Positions 1 to 9,206 of a stretch of DNA of 64,000 nucleotides are shown here, piece after piece. The DNA comes from an uncultured Candidatus Saccharibacteria bacterium (lineage in GTDB: Bacteria; Patescibacteriota; Minisyncoccia; Minisyncoccales; CAZKCU01). Position numbers and translations under genes: made by a program. The first letter of the stretch is position 1, and each line of letters starts with the position of its first letter. Location of the stretch: assembly GCA_964431915.1 (NCBI GenBank), contig CAYSLI010000001.1, positions 191,824 to 255,823 on the forward strand, read 5' to 3'. The notes under the pieces are model-generated. The model ran no database searches, had not been told where the DNA came from, and worked only from the letters and a program-made list of their open reading frames with translations.

Positions 1-1
1 G

Positions 2-334
2 TTAAAAAAAAGACATGGTATTGGATTTTCGGAGATGAAGATTGGAAGAATTCTATCTCCCTTGATTGATTTGATGCTTTCTGAGATAGAAAAAATCTCC
101 CAGAACTTCTATAAGACTGAGGGAAAAGAAATAGAAAAAGTTATTTTAGCCGGGGGATCGGCCCTACTTCCCGGGCTGAAAGAATACTCTTTAAAGCGCC
201 TCAAAAAAACTGTGGAGATAGCTAATCCTTTTACTGAAATTTTTTATTCCCCAGTTTTAGAACAAACTTTAAGAGAAATAGGGCCTTCTTATGCGATAGC
301 GGTTGGAATGGCTCTCAGGGGTTTGAAGTTTTGA
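2..334 (+). CDS. pilM: Type IV pilus assembly protein PilM, C-terminal fragment (gene starts upstream of window)
   Basis: The reading frame is open from position 2 with no in-frame stop before the annotated Met at 35. The tail ...ILAGGSALLPGLKEYSLKRLKKTVEIANPF is typical of the actin-like PilM C-terminus. pilN/O-like genes and pilB/T/C follow. Confidence 0.6.
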   Translation, partial: LKKRHGIGFSEMKIGRILSPLIDLMLSEIEKISQNFYKTEGKEIEKVILAGGSALLPGLKEYSLKRLKKTVEIANPFTEIFYSPVLEQTLREIGPSYAIAVGMALRGLKF

Positions 335-353
335 GTAACCACTAATATCATTT

Positions 354-881
354 ATGCCAATAGAAATTATTCCAAAAAAAGTTGAAGCTAAATTACCGGT
401 AGTTAATATTTTATCCTATTTATCCTTAATTTTACTTATTATTTCTGTTTTGGGTTACTTTATCTTAGGTTATTTTCAAAAAAATTCAGCCAGGACTCTT
501 CAGAATATAGAAGATATTATATCCCAAAAAGAAACCCCTGAAGTAAAAGTCTTGGAGAAAAGAGTTTTTGGATACCAGAAAAAAATTGAGATAGTTAGTT
601 CTTTGCTTACTTCTCATAAGGTGAGCAGGAATTTCTTTAGTTTTCTTGAAAGTTTCTCCTATCCTAAAATTTTCTTTTCTAAGCTAGATTTAAATGTTGG
701 AAAATTGCAGGCTTCCGTTTCTGGTCAAACAGAGACCTTTGAGAGTTTAGGCCAGCAACTTTTGATTTTTAGAAGGGGAGAATTTGTTAAAGATGTTAAT
801 TTAACAGAGGTTTCAATTGGAAAAGAGGGGGAAGTTAAATTTACCATTGAACTTTCTTTTAACCCTCAGCTATTTAAATAA
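354..881 (+). CDS. PilN-like fimbrial assembly protein (N-terminal single TM)
   Basis: Single N-terminal TM helix followed by a periplasmic domain. Position immediately after pilM, and size, are typical of PilN. Confidence 0.5.
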   Translation: MPIEIIPKKVEAKLPVVNILSYLSLILLIISVLGYFILGYFQKNSARTLQNIEDIISQKETPEVKVLEKRVFGYQKKIEIVSSLLTSHKVSRNFFSFLESFSYPKIFFSKLDLNVGKLQASVSGQTETFESLGQQLLIFRRGEFVKDVNLTEVSIGKEGEVKFTIELSFNPQLFK

Positions 882-896
882 AATTAGGAATTACCT

Positions 897-1436
897 ATGT
901 CAAAATCAATTGCCATTGTCATTTTACTCATCAGCATCTTGGTGATAGGGGTTTTCTTAATCTGGCCAAAGTACCAGGACCTGAAAGGCCTCCAGCTTGA
1001 AATTGGGAAAAGGAGAGCTGAACTTCAATACAAAGAAAAATATATTTTAAATCTCCAGGAAGTTTCCGAAGAACTGGAAAAATATAAGCCAGAACTTTCT
1101 AAGATCGATTCTGCTCTTCCCTTTAATCCTTCTTTGCCTTCTCTGTTTAATTTCTTACAAAAAGCCAGTTCTCAAAGCGGTCTGATTTTTAGAAATGTCG
1201 ATTCCTTTTCCATAACTACCCCTAAAGAAAAACCAGGAATTAAAGAAATTAGTCTCAATCTCGAAGTTTCTGGTTCTTATTCTGCTTTTAGAAATTTTCT
1301 TTCGACCTTAGAAAAATCAGCCAGACTCATTGAAATAGAAAACATCTCTTTTTCCTCTCCTGGAGAAAAACCCACTGTTTCCACAAAGGAAACTCCTTTT
1401 GATTTTGATTTAAGAATAAAAGTTTACTCTTATTAA
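897..1436 (+). CDS. PilO-like pilus assembly protein
   Basis: N-terminal TM helix, coiled-coil region, C-terminal domain. Synteny pilM-pilN-pilO. Confidence 0.5.
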   Translation: MSKSIAIVILLISILVIGVFLIWPKYQDLKGLQLEIGKRRAELQYKEKYILNLQEVSEELEKYKPELSKIDSALPFNPSLPSLFNFLQKASSQSGLIFRNVDSFSITTPKEKPGIKEISLNLEVSGSYSAFRNFLSTLEKSARLIEIENISFSSPGEKPTVSTKETPFDFDLRIKVYSY

Positions 1437-1449
1437 TTTACCAGGGACT

Positions 1450-1719
1450 ATGGCTATTACATTTTTTCAACGTAGAAAGAAACAAAAATCTCTAGTTTTA
1501 GTTTTTGTGGTAGTAATTATTTTAATTTTTGTTGTAGTTTGGCGAGGTTTTTTGACAAAATCTGAACCTGTTTTGGCTCCGATAATTTTAGAACCTCCAA
1601 AAATAGAAATAAATTTTGGAGTATTAAAAAGTCCTATTTTAAAAGAGTTTCAATCTTTTGAAGAAATTAAGCCTTTTGAAGAAGAAATAGGTCGAGAAAA
1701 TCCATTTGAACCCTACTAA
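1450..1719 (+). CDS. Small single-pass membrane protein in the T4P cluster (possible PilP-like accessory)
   Basis: 89 aa with a hydrophobic N-terminal helix (LVLVFVVVIILIFVVVW). Located between the pilO-like gene and pilB. No recognisable motif. Confidence 0.3.
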   Translation: MAITFFQRRKKQKSLVLVFVVVIILIFVVVWRGFLTKSEPVLAPIILEPPKIEINFGVLKSPILKEFQSFEEIKPFEEEIGRENPFEPY

Positions 1720-1721
1720 CT

Positions 1722-3452
1722 ATGCCAACTTTAGTCCAGCAACTGGTCAAAAAAGGAATTTTAGAAAAGGAAAAAGCCGCCTCGCTGGAATTCGAAATTA
1801 AGAGTTCCGGAAAAAAAGATGAGAAGGTAATTTTAGAAAGGGGGATTGTTTCTGAGAGTTTTTTATTTGGTTTAAAGAGTGAGAATTTAAAAATTCCCTT
1901 AAAGGACGTAGTAGCTTCGGAAATTCCTTTGAAAATTCTAGAACTCATTCCCGAAGAATCGGCCAGATATTACAAAATGGTGCCCCTATTAAAGAAAGAT
2001 AATCTCCTGGAAGTTGGGATGGTTTTTCCCGAAGATCTAAAAGCTCAAGAAGCATTGAAATTTTTAGCCAGGCAGGGCAAGTTTTCTTATCAGGTTTTTT
2101 TAATTACCTTAACTTCTTTTAATAATCTTTTAAAACAATACCGAACTTTAAAAAAAGAAGTAAGCCGCGCCCTCGAGGAGTTAGAAATTGAGTTAAGGGA
2201 AGAAAAAATGGAGATAAAGCCAATGAGAGCGGCTGAATTTGAGAGATTGGCTGAAGAAGCTCCTATTATCAAAGTAGTAGCAGTTATTCTAAGACATGCA
2301 GCTGAGGGAGGAGCCTCTGATATTCACGTTGAGCCGACTAAAGAAAAATCAAGAGTCCGATTTAGGGTTGATGGGATTTTACATTCTTCTATTTTTTTGC
2401 CTTTAAGAGTTCATCCGGCAGTTGTGGCCAGAATTAAAATTTTATCCAATTTAAAAATTGATGAAACCAGAATTCCTCAAGATGGTCGGTTTTCAACAAA
2501 AATTAATGGCAAAGATATTGATTTCCGAGTTTCTACTTTTCCCACTGCTTTAGGAGAAAAGGCAGCAATAAGAGTTCTTGATCCCACCGAAGGATTAAAA
2601 TCCTTTGAAGAACTGGGATTGGAGAGGAAAAGTTTTGAAGTGGTAAAGGCAGCTATTAAAAAACCTTATGGTTTAATTTTAGCTACCGGTCCCACTGGTT
2701 GCGGAAAAACCACTACTTTGTATGCGATTTTAAATATTCTAAATAAAGAAGGGGTAAACATTGTCACCCTTGAGGATCCTATCGAATATTTTGTTGGAGG
2801 AGTTAATCAATCCCAGATAAGGCCTGAAATTGGTTACGATTTTAGCCAGGGTCTTAGGCAGGTGGTCAGACAGGACCCAGATGTTATTATGGTCGGAGAA
2901 ATTCGAGATGAAGAGACAGCAGCTTTAGCTATTCACTCTGCTCTAACCGGCCATATTGTTTTATCTACCTTGCATACCAACAATGCCGTAGGAGTAATTC
3001 CAAGACTTATTGATATGCAAGTGAAACCTTTTTTAATTCCCTCTGCTTTAAGTATAGCCATAGCCCAAAGATTGGTAGGTAAATTGTGTCCCTACTGCAA
3101 AAAAAAGGTAAAGCCAAAAAAAGAAGTTCAAAATTTAATTTTAAAAGAGGTCGAATCTTTGCCTCAAATTATTAAAAAGAAGGTTAAAATTTCCTCCCCG
3201 CTCTCGATTTATGAGGCTAAAGGCTGTAAAAAATGCAATTTTAGAGGTTTTTCCGGCCGGATTGGAGTTTTTGAAGTACTGTCAATGACTGATGAGTTAT
3301 CTCAGATAATCTTAAAAGAACCCGAAGAGCAAAAAATTATTCGGGAAGCTTCTCGTCAGGGAATGATTACTATGAGACAAGACGGAATACTGAAAGTATT
3401 AGACGGCATTACCACTATTGAAGAGGTCTTGAGAGTAGCTGAGGAAAAATAA
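1722..3452 (+). CDS. pilB: Type IV pilus assembly ATPase PilB/GspE
   Basis: Walker A GPTGCGKTT, Asp box and His box of secretion ATPases. A tetracysteine CPYC...CKKC zinc motif. N-terminal GSPII-like domain. 576 aa. Confidence 0.9.
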   Translation: MPTLVQQLVKKGILEKEKAASLEFEIKSSGKKDEKVILERGIVSESFLFGLKSENLKIPLKDVVASEIPLKILELIPEESARYYKMVPLLKKDNLLEVGMVFPEDLKAQEALKFLARQGKFSYQVFLITLTSFNNLLKQYRTLKKEVSRALEELEIELREEKMEIKPMRAAEFERLAEEAPIIKVVAVILRHAAEGGASDIHVEPTKEKSRVRFRVDGILHSSIFLPLRVHPAVVARIKILSNLKIDETRIPQDGRFSTKINGKDIDFRVSTFPTALGEKAAIRVLDPTEGLKSFEELGLERKSFEVVKAAIKKPYGLILATGPTGCGKTTTLYAILNILNKEGVNIVTLEDPIEYFVGGVNQSQIRPEIGYDFSQGLRQVVRQDPDVIMVGEIRDEETAALAIHSALTGHIVLSTLHTNNAVGVIPRLIDMQVKPFLIPSALSIAIAQRLVGKLCPYCKKKVKPKKEVQNLILKEVESLPQIIKKKVKISSPLSIYEAKGCKKCNFRGFSGRIGVFEVLSMTDELSQIILKEPEEQKIIREASRQGMITMRQDGILKVLDGITTIEEVLRVAEEK

Positions 3453-3471
3453 ATATCAAATTTTTAAAAAT

Positions 3472-4539
3472 ATGTCCAATTATACTTCCCAACTTAGAGA
3501 TTTATTAGCTTTAACTATTCAAGAACAATCCTCTGATTTACATATTTCAGTAGGTCATCCTCCGACTTTGAGAGTCACAGGTCGCCTTGTTCCTTTAGTA
3601 AAAATGAAAAAAATTTTACCAGAGGATTCTCAAGGGCTTGCTTTTGAATTGATGCATGAAGACCAGCGGCAGAGATTTCTTCAGCAAAAAGAGATTGATT
3701 TCTCCTATAATTTTGAAGATAAGGCTCGCTTTAGAGTTAATATTTTTTTTCAAAAAAGAAATATATCTGCTGCTCTTCGTTTAATTCCGGCAGAAATTCA
3801 AACCATTGAGGAGTTAAATCTTTCCCCGGTTTTACACGAGTTTACTAAACCAAACCAGGGGTTTGTTCTAATTACCGGACCTTCTTCTCATGGAAAATCT
3901 ACCACTTTAGCTGCTCTAATTGACGAGATAAATCACACCAAAAGCGAGCATATCATTACCATTGAAGACCCCATAGAATATATTTTTAAAGATGACAAAT
4001 GTATTATTGACCAGAGAGAGGTTTATCAGGACACTCTCTCTTTTGCCCGGGCTCTAAAGTCTACTTTTCGCCAGGACCCTAATGTAATTATGGTTGGAGA
4101 AATGAGAGATCCTGAGACCATCTCCACTGCCATTACAGCTGCTGAGACCGGCCACTTAGTTTTTGCAACTTTGCATACAAATTCAGCCAGCCAGACTATT
4201 CATCGAATCGTTGACTCTTTTCCTCCAGACCAACAAGTCCAGATTAGAGCCCAGCTGTCAGGCTCTCTCTTAGGGGTAGTTTCTCAAAGACTCGTTCCGA
4301 GAATTAGAGGAGGATTAATACCGGCCTGTGAAGTGATGATTTCTAACGCGGCGGTATCTAATATAATTCGGGAAAATAAAATTCATGAATTGGATCTTGT
4401 TATTGAAACTTCAGCTGAATTAGGAATGATTAGCATCAATAGAGCTTTGGCCGATCTGGTTAAGGTCAAGGAAATTTCCTTAAAGAATGCCCTCATTTAC
4501 TCTTTAAATCCCGCCGAGTTGAGAAAGCTGGTAAGATAA
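3472..4539 (+). CDS. pilT: Twitching motility retraction ATPase PilT
   Basis: Walker A GPSSHGKSTT, MVGEMRD and ATLHTNSA motifs typical of PilT. 355 aa. Confidence 0.9.
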   Translation: MSNYTSQLRDLLALTIQEQSSDLHISVGHPPTLRVTGRLVPLVKMKKILPEDSQGLAFELMHEDQRQRFLQQKEIDFSYNFEDKARFRVNIFFQKRNISAALRLIPAEIQTIEELNLSPVLHEFTKPNQGFVLITGPSSHGKSTTLAALIDEINHTKSEHIITIEDPIEYIFKDDKCIIDQREVYQDTLSFARALKSTFRQDPNVIMVGEMRDPETISTAITAAETGHLVFATLHTNSASQTIHRIVDSFPPDQQVQIRAQLSGSLLGVVSQRLVPRIRGGLIPACEVMISNAAVSNIIRENKIHELDLVIETSAELGMISINRALADLVKVKEISLKNALIYSLNPAELRKLVR

Positions 4540-4548
4540 TAATCAAAT

Positions 4549-5751
4549 ATGAAGTTTAACTATCAGGCAAGAACTCAAGAAGGTCAGATTCAAACAGGTG
4601 TTGTTGAGGCTTCTTCAAGAGAAGCAGCTCTTACTCTTTTGCAAAAATATGGATTGTATGTCACTTTTTTTGAGGTAAGTAAAGTTCCCTTTTACGCTAA
4701 AAGAATAGAAATCTCTCAAAGAATTTCCAGAAAGGATGTAGTAATATTCTCTCGCCAGTTAGCCATCATGTTCAAATCTAATGTTCCGGTGGTAGAAGCT
4801 CTTCAGACTTTATCTAATCAAACCAAAAACCAGAATTTCAAAGAAAAAATTCTTAAAATATCCGAAAAGGTAGAAGGAGGAACTTCTCTTTCTGTCTCTC
4901 TGAGTTCCTATCCTAAGATTTTTTCTCCCTTTTATACAAATATGGTCAAATCTGGTGAAGTCTCCGGTAAGCTTTCTGAAGTTTTAGGCTATTTAGCCGA
5001 CCATTTAGAAAGGGAATATAATTTTTACTCAAAAGCAATTACGGCAATGATTTATCCTGTTTTTGTTTTTTTTGTTTTTTTAATTATTCTAACCCTGATG
5101 GTTGTTTTTGTTGTTCCTCAATTATCTCAGGTTTTAGAAGCTACTGGCGAAGAAGTCCCCCAGATTACTAAAGTAGCAATGGGTCTTTCAAGTTTTCTGA
5201 AAAGATGGTGGTGGGTTTTTACTTTATTCTTTTTAGGGTTGGGAATTTTTGTTTTTAAATTTTCAAGAAATAAAGAAGGAAAAAAAATTGTTGATAAATT
5301 CTCTCTAAAATTACCTCTATTAGGCGAATTTTTTAAAAAAATTTATCTTTCTCGCTTAGCCGAGAATCTTTCCACTTTAATTTCCAGTGGTCTTCCAATT
5401 GTTCGGGCTCTTGAAATTACTGGAAAAATCATTGGGAATGATGTCTACGAAACTATTATTTTGAAGACCCAGGAAGGGGTAAAAAGAGGAGAGCCAATGA
5501 GTTCAATTCTTTTAAGGTATCAAGAATTTTTTCCTCCTCTATTTGTCCAGATGACGGTAGTAGGAGAAAGGACCGGCCAATTAGGAGTAGCCTTGATGAA
5601 TATAGTTAATTTTTACCAAAGAGATGTTGAAAGGACCTTGGATAGTTTTGTCAGTCTTTTGGAGCCAATTTTAATTATTGGTTTAGGAGTAATTGTGGCT
5701 GGGTTAGTTATGGCTTTTTTACTGCCTATTTACCGTTTGGGGATGTTTTGA
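4549..5751 (+). CDS. pilC: Type IV pilus platform protein PilC/GspF
   Basis: 400 aa with a duplicated GspF domain and three TM segments. Follows pilB-pilT. Confidence 0.85.
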   Translation: MKFNYQARTQEGQIQTGVVEASSREAALTLLQKYGLYVTFFEVSKVPFYAKRIEISQRISRKDVVIFSRQLAIMFKSNVPVVEALQTLSNQTKNQNFKEKILKISEKVEGGTSLSVSLSSYPKIFSPFYTNMVKSGEVSGKLSEVLGYLADHLEREYNFYSKAITAMIYPVFVFFVFLIILTLMVVFVVPQLSQVLEATGEEVPQITKVAMGLSSFLKRWWWVFTLFFLGLGIFVFKFSRNKEGKKIVDKFSLKLPLLGEFFKKIYLSRLAENLSTLISSGLPIVRALEITGKIIGNDVYETIILKTQEGVKRGEPMSSILLRYQEFFPPLFVQMTVVGERTGQLGVALMNIVNFYQRDVERTLDSFVSLLEPILIIGLGVIVAGLVMAFLLPIYRLGMF

Positions 5752-5770
5752 AGTTTTCCACAACTTGGCC

Positions 5771-5802
5771 TTGACTTAGATAAACTATTATATGTTATAA
5801 TC
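5771..5802 (+). promoter_or_regulatory. Sigma70-like promoter for the major pilin gene
   Basis: TTGACT at 5771-5776, about 18 nt spacer, then TTATAAT (-10), roughly 95 nt upstream of the pilin ATG. Confidence 0.4.
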
Positions 5803-5899
5803 TATAGAAGAGATTTCAACCTTTGCCATAATAAATTGATATTTAAAAATTAAAGGTCGAGTAATGCTAAAAATTTAAAAACTAATAAATAATATTAAA

Positions 5900-6325
5900 A
5901 TGAAAATCTTTACTAAAAAGGGTTTTACTCTTATTGAACTTTTGGTGGTTATTGCTATTATCGGGATTTTAGCCTCAATTGTTTTGATTTCTTTAGGTGG
6001 AGCCAGAGATAAGGCAAAGGACGCTAGGGCTATTGCTGAAATGAGCCAGATTCGAGCCACAGCTGAAATGATTTATGCTTCAGATGGAGACTATGATAAT
6101 GTTGTCTGCACTCAAGCTGATATGAAAGCTCTTTGTGATGATATTAAGGCTCAGACAGGAGAAGATGTAAGCGTTAGCAAACCTACCTCACCTGCTTTGG
6201 AATATTGTGCCTCTGTTAAATTACTTACCCAAAAAGACGGTGCTGATAATTATTATTGCGTAGATAGTACCGGAATAGCAAAAGAGACTACAGCGGCTTG
6301 TACAGCTACTCATACCTGTCCATAA
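5900..6325 (+). CDS. Type IV (major) pilin with prepilin leader
   Basis: MKIFTKKG|FTLIELLVVIAIIGILASI gives the class III leader with G-1, F+1 and E+5. C-terminal Cys pair. 141 aa. Has its own promoter and terminator. Confidence 0.85.
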   Translation: MKIFTKKGFTLIELLVVIAIIGILASIVLISLGGARDKAKDARAIAEMSQIRATAEMIYASDGDYDNVVCTQADMKALCDDIKAQTGEDVSVSKPTSPALEYCASVKLLTQKDGADNYYCVDSTGIAKETTAACTATHTCP

Positions 6326-6365
6326 ACTGGCAAAAGAGATTCGTTTGTTAAATTAGCTAAATCAA

Positions 6366-6395
6366 AGCCCGCCTTCGGCGGGTTTTGATTTTTTA
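6366..6395 (+). terminator. Rho-independent terminator after the pilin gene
   Basis: agcccgcc-ttc-ggcgggtt GC-rich hairpin followed by TTTTGATTTTTT. Confidence 0.7.
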
Positions 6396-6422
6396 CAATT
6401 TAAAGGTTAAAATAGAGAGAAA

Positions 6423-7190
6423 ATGGGGTTTTTCTATTTCATAGTTTTTATTTTTGGTCTAATAGTCGGAAGTTTTTTGAATTCAATAATTTATCGCCTA
6501 CCTTCTGGCAAAAGTTTTTTAATTCAGAGATCTTATTGCCCTTATTGTAAACACAAATTAAGTTGGAAAGATTTAATCCCGATTTTCAGCTTTCTAATTT
6601 TAAAAGGAAAATGCCGCTATTGTAAAAAAGCAATTTCTTGGCAATACCCCTTAGTGGAACTGACCACAGCAATTTTATTTCTCTCATTTTTCATTTCTCA
6701 TTTTTCATTTTTCATTTTTATCATTGCTTGTTTCCTAATAATTATTTTCGTTTATGATTTAAAACACTACATTATTCCTGATAAAATAATTTATCCAGCC
6801 ATTGCCATAGCTTTTTTTTATCAATTGCTACGCCCCGTACTCAACAAAGTTGTAGTATCGGGGTTTGGAATTTTAAATCCTCTTTCCTCTGCTATTTTAG
6901 CCAGCTTATTTTTTCTTTTAATAGTTTTGTTCTCCCGGGGTAAATGGATGGGCCTCGGCGATGTAAAATTAGCTTTCTTTATGGGTTTATTTTTGGGTTT
7001 TCCAAATATTTTAATTGCTCTATTTTTAGCTTTTTTTATCGGTGCTATAATAGGAATAGGGATGATAATGTCTGGTAAAAAAACTCTAAAGTCAGAGATT
7101 CCCTTTGGGCCATTTCTTGTAACAGGGACATTCATAGCATTGTTTTGGGGACAAGCGATTATTAATTGGTATTTAAATTTATTTTTATGA
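6423..7190 (+). CDS. pilD: Prepilin peptidase (A24 family) PilD
   Basis: N-terminal CPYCKHKL...CRYCKK zinc-binding tetracysteine and a polytopic membrane domain. Follows the pilin gene. Confidence 0.8.
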   Translation: MGFFYFIVFIFGLIVGSFLNSIIYRLPSGKSFLIQRSYCPYCKHKLSWKDLIPIFSFLILKGKCRYCKKAISWQYPLVELTTAILFLSFFISHFSFFIFIIACFLIIIFVYDLKHYIIPDKIIYPAIAIAFFYQLLRPVLNKVVVSGFGILNPLSSAILASLFFLLIVLFSRGKWMGLGDVKLAFFMGLFLGFPNILIALFLAFFIGAIIGIGMIMSGKKTLKSEIPFGPFLVTGTFIALFWGQAIINWYLNLFL

Positions 7191-7705
7191 AGAGAGGCTT
7201 TACTTTAATTGAGCTCATTGTTGTCACCAGTATAATCATTCTTTTGTCGGTGATAGTCTTTCCTAATTATCGGGATATCGAGAGGCAATTTGCCCTTCAG
7301 AGGTCATCCCACAAATTGGCCCAGGATATAAGAAGAGCCGGGGAGATGGCGATGTCAACAAAAGAATTTCAGGGAAAAGTTCCGGCTGGCTACGGAATTT
7401 ATTTAAAGCAAGGAGAAAAGGATTATTTACTTTACGCTGACACTAATCCACCTGGGGGAAATGAGAAATACGATGGAGGAGATGACAAAATAGAAACTAT
7501 TAATTTAGAGAAAGGAGTATATATTCAGAATATTTCGCCTTCTTCTTTGAGTATAAATTTTAAACCTCCCATCCCGACTATTAAGATTAAAAAGGAAGGT
7601 GGCCAAGATTCAACAACAGCTGTAATAACCCTCTCGCTTGAATCTGATTCAACAAAAACAAAAATAATTAAAGTCAACTCCGCCGGTTTAATTGATGTCG
7701 AATAA
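7187..7705 (+). CDS. Minor pilin / pseudopilin (prepilin-type N-terminal cleavage/methylation domain)
   Basis: MKRGFTLIELIVVTSIIILLSVIV leader. Start moved to the ATG at 7187, because the ORF-track start at 7166 adds a non-pilin extension. Confidence 0.65.
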   Translation: MKRGFTLIELIVVTSIIILLSVIVFPNYRDIERQFALQRSSHKLAQDIRRAGEMAMSTKEFQGKVPAGYGIYLKQGEKDYLLYADTNPPGGNEKYDGGDDKIETINLEKGVYIQNISPSSLSINFKPPIPTIKIKKEGGQDSTTAVITLSLESDSTKTKIIKVNSAGLIDVE

Positions 7706-8222
7706 ACTATTGCAAAATTACCGTAACAAAAAGAAAATAGGAGAAGAAAAGGCATTTACCTTGTTGGAGGTATTGGTAGCTATTTTTGTAATTACGGTAG
7801 GGATAACCGGAACTTTGGGCATAATTCAACAGGCAATTTCTTATACTCAACTTTCTTCCTCAAGACTGGTAGCTAACTATTTGGCCCAGGAGGGAATTGA
7901 AATAGTTAGAAACATCAGAGACACAAATTGGCTTGAAGGGAGAACCAATCCAGGTATTACTTGGTCAGATGGTATTCCTTCGGGTAATTGGGAAGCAGAT
8001 TATAAAACTCAAAATTTAACCCAAAGTTATGCTGGTACTTATTTAAATATTGATAATGACGGTTTTTATAGTTATTCTTCTGGTTCCCCGACAAAATTTG
8101 AGAGAAAAATTGCTATTTCAAAAGACACAGATATTTTGAAAATTTCTGTTCAAGTTGAGTGGCGAGAAAGGAGAAGAGATCATCAGGTTACTGTCCAAGA
8201 GAATTTATATAAATGGTATTAA
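7692..8222 (+). CDS. Minor pilin / pseudopilin (PilV-like)
   Basis: KAFTLLEVLVAIFVITVGITG cleavage/methylation motif after a Lys-rich leader. Confidence 0.6.
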   Translation: MMSNKLLQNYRNKKKIGEEKAFTLLEVLVAIFVITVGITGTLGIIQQAISYTQLSSSRLVANYLAQEGIEIVRNIRDTNWLEGRTNPGITWSDGIPSGNWEADYKTQNLTQSYAGTYLNIDNDGFYSYSSGSPTKFERKIAISKDTDILKISVQVEWRERRRDHQVTVQENLYKWY

Positions 8223-8273
8223 AATCATTTAAAATAAGTAAATATTAATATGTTTAAATGCTTAAATGCTAAA

Positions 8274-8840
8274 ATGACGAAGGGGGGATTTACTTTGATT
8301 GAGATGCTGGTGGCGGTGATGATTTTTTCTCTGATTATAGGAGTAATTTCAGGAGTTTTTATTTCTGGTCTTAGGGGTCAGAAAATGACCCTGTCTTCTC
8401 AAAAGCTTTTAGATCAAATAAGTTATGCCTTAGAATATATGAGCCGGGCTTTGAGGATGGCAAATAAACAGACTGCTGATATTCCTACTTGTCTTTCCCA
8501 GGAAGGTTTGAATTATGAAATTACCCATAGTGGTTCTGGCCTGAAATTTATAAATCATTTAGAAGAAGATGATTGCCAAGAATTTTTCCTTGAAGATAGC
8601 CAGTTAAAATACAGAAAAAAAATTGGTCAGGCAGGTGAGGAAACATTGGACCTAACTTCTTCTAATCTCCAAATAACCTATCTTAATTTTTCCATTAGTG
8701 GGGAGGGGCAAGATGATGACCTTCAACCAAGAGTAACAATCTTTTTAAATATGAAAGGTAAAGGCCAAAAACCTGAGGAACAGCCAGAGATGAAAATTCA
8801 AACCACAATTTCTCAAAGAAACCTCGATGTTAAATATTAA
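8274..8840 (+). CDS. Minor pilin / pseudopilin (PilW/GspJ-like)
   Basis: MTKGGFTLIEMLVAVMIFSLIIGV. Start moved to the Met preceding the GFTLIE motif. Confidence 0.6.
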   Translation: MTKGGFTLIEMLVAVMIFSLIIGVISGVFISGLRGQKMTLSSQKLLDQISYALEYMSRALRMANKQTADIPTCLSQEGLNYEITHSGSGLKFINHLEEDDCQEFFLEDSQLKYRKKIGQAGEETLDLTSSNLQITYLNFSISGEGQDDDLQPRVTIFLNMKGKGQKPEEQPEMKIQTTISQRNLDVKY

Positions 8841-9198
8841 TCGGACTATTAAGGCTATGAACTATAAAAAAATCTCGCAAAAAGGCGTTTCTCTTTATCT
8901 TGCCCTATTGATTATGGCCGTCCTTTTGTCCATAGGATTGGGGATATCAGCCATTTTATTTGGTCAAATAAAGATAATAAGAGGAATAGGAGATTCGATA
9001 GTAGCTTTTTATGCTGCTGATACCGGGATTGAAGAAGTGCTTTATAGGGGAGCAGCTGTTTCTGGAAATTTAGAAAATGGAGCAAGTTATAGCACCCGAG
9101 TTTTAGCACCAGGACCAGATTGTACAGCTACTAACTACTGCATCATATCAAAAGGAAGTTTTAAGGAAACAAAAAGGGCAATCGAAATCATAAGGTAA
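8827..9198 (+). CDS. PilX-like minor pilin (PilX N-terminal domain)
   Basis: KGVSLYLALLIMAVLLSIGLGISAIL hydrophobic N-terminal segment typical of PilX_N. Last gene of the minor-pilin set. Confidence 0.45.
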   Translation: MLNINRTIKAMNYKKISQKGVSLYLALLIMAVLLSIGLGISAILFGQIKIIRGIGDSIVAFYAADTGIEEVLYRGAAVSGNLENGASYSTRVLAPGPDCTATNYCIISKGSFKETKRAIEIIR

Positions 9199-9206
9199 AT
9201 CTATCT

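Noticed and set aside
5875-6060. 61-aa minus-strand ORF overlapping the pilin gene start
   Set aside because: It is antisense to a strongly supported pilin CDS and its promoter, has no features, and is AT-rich low-complexity.
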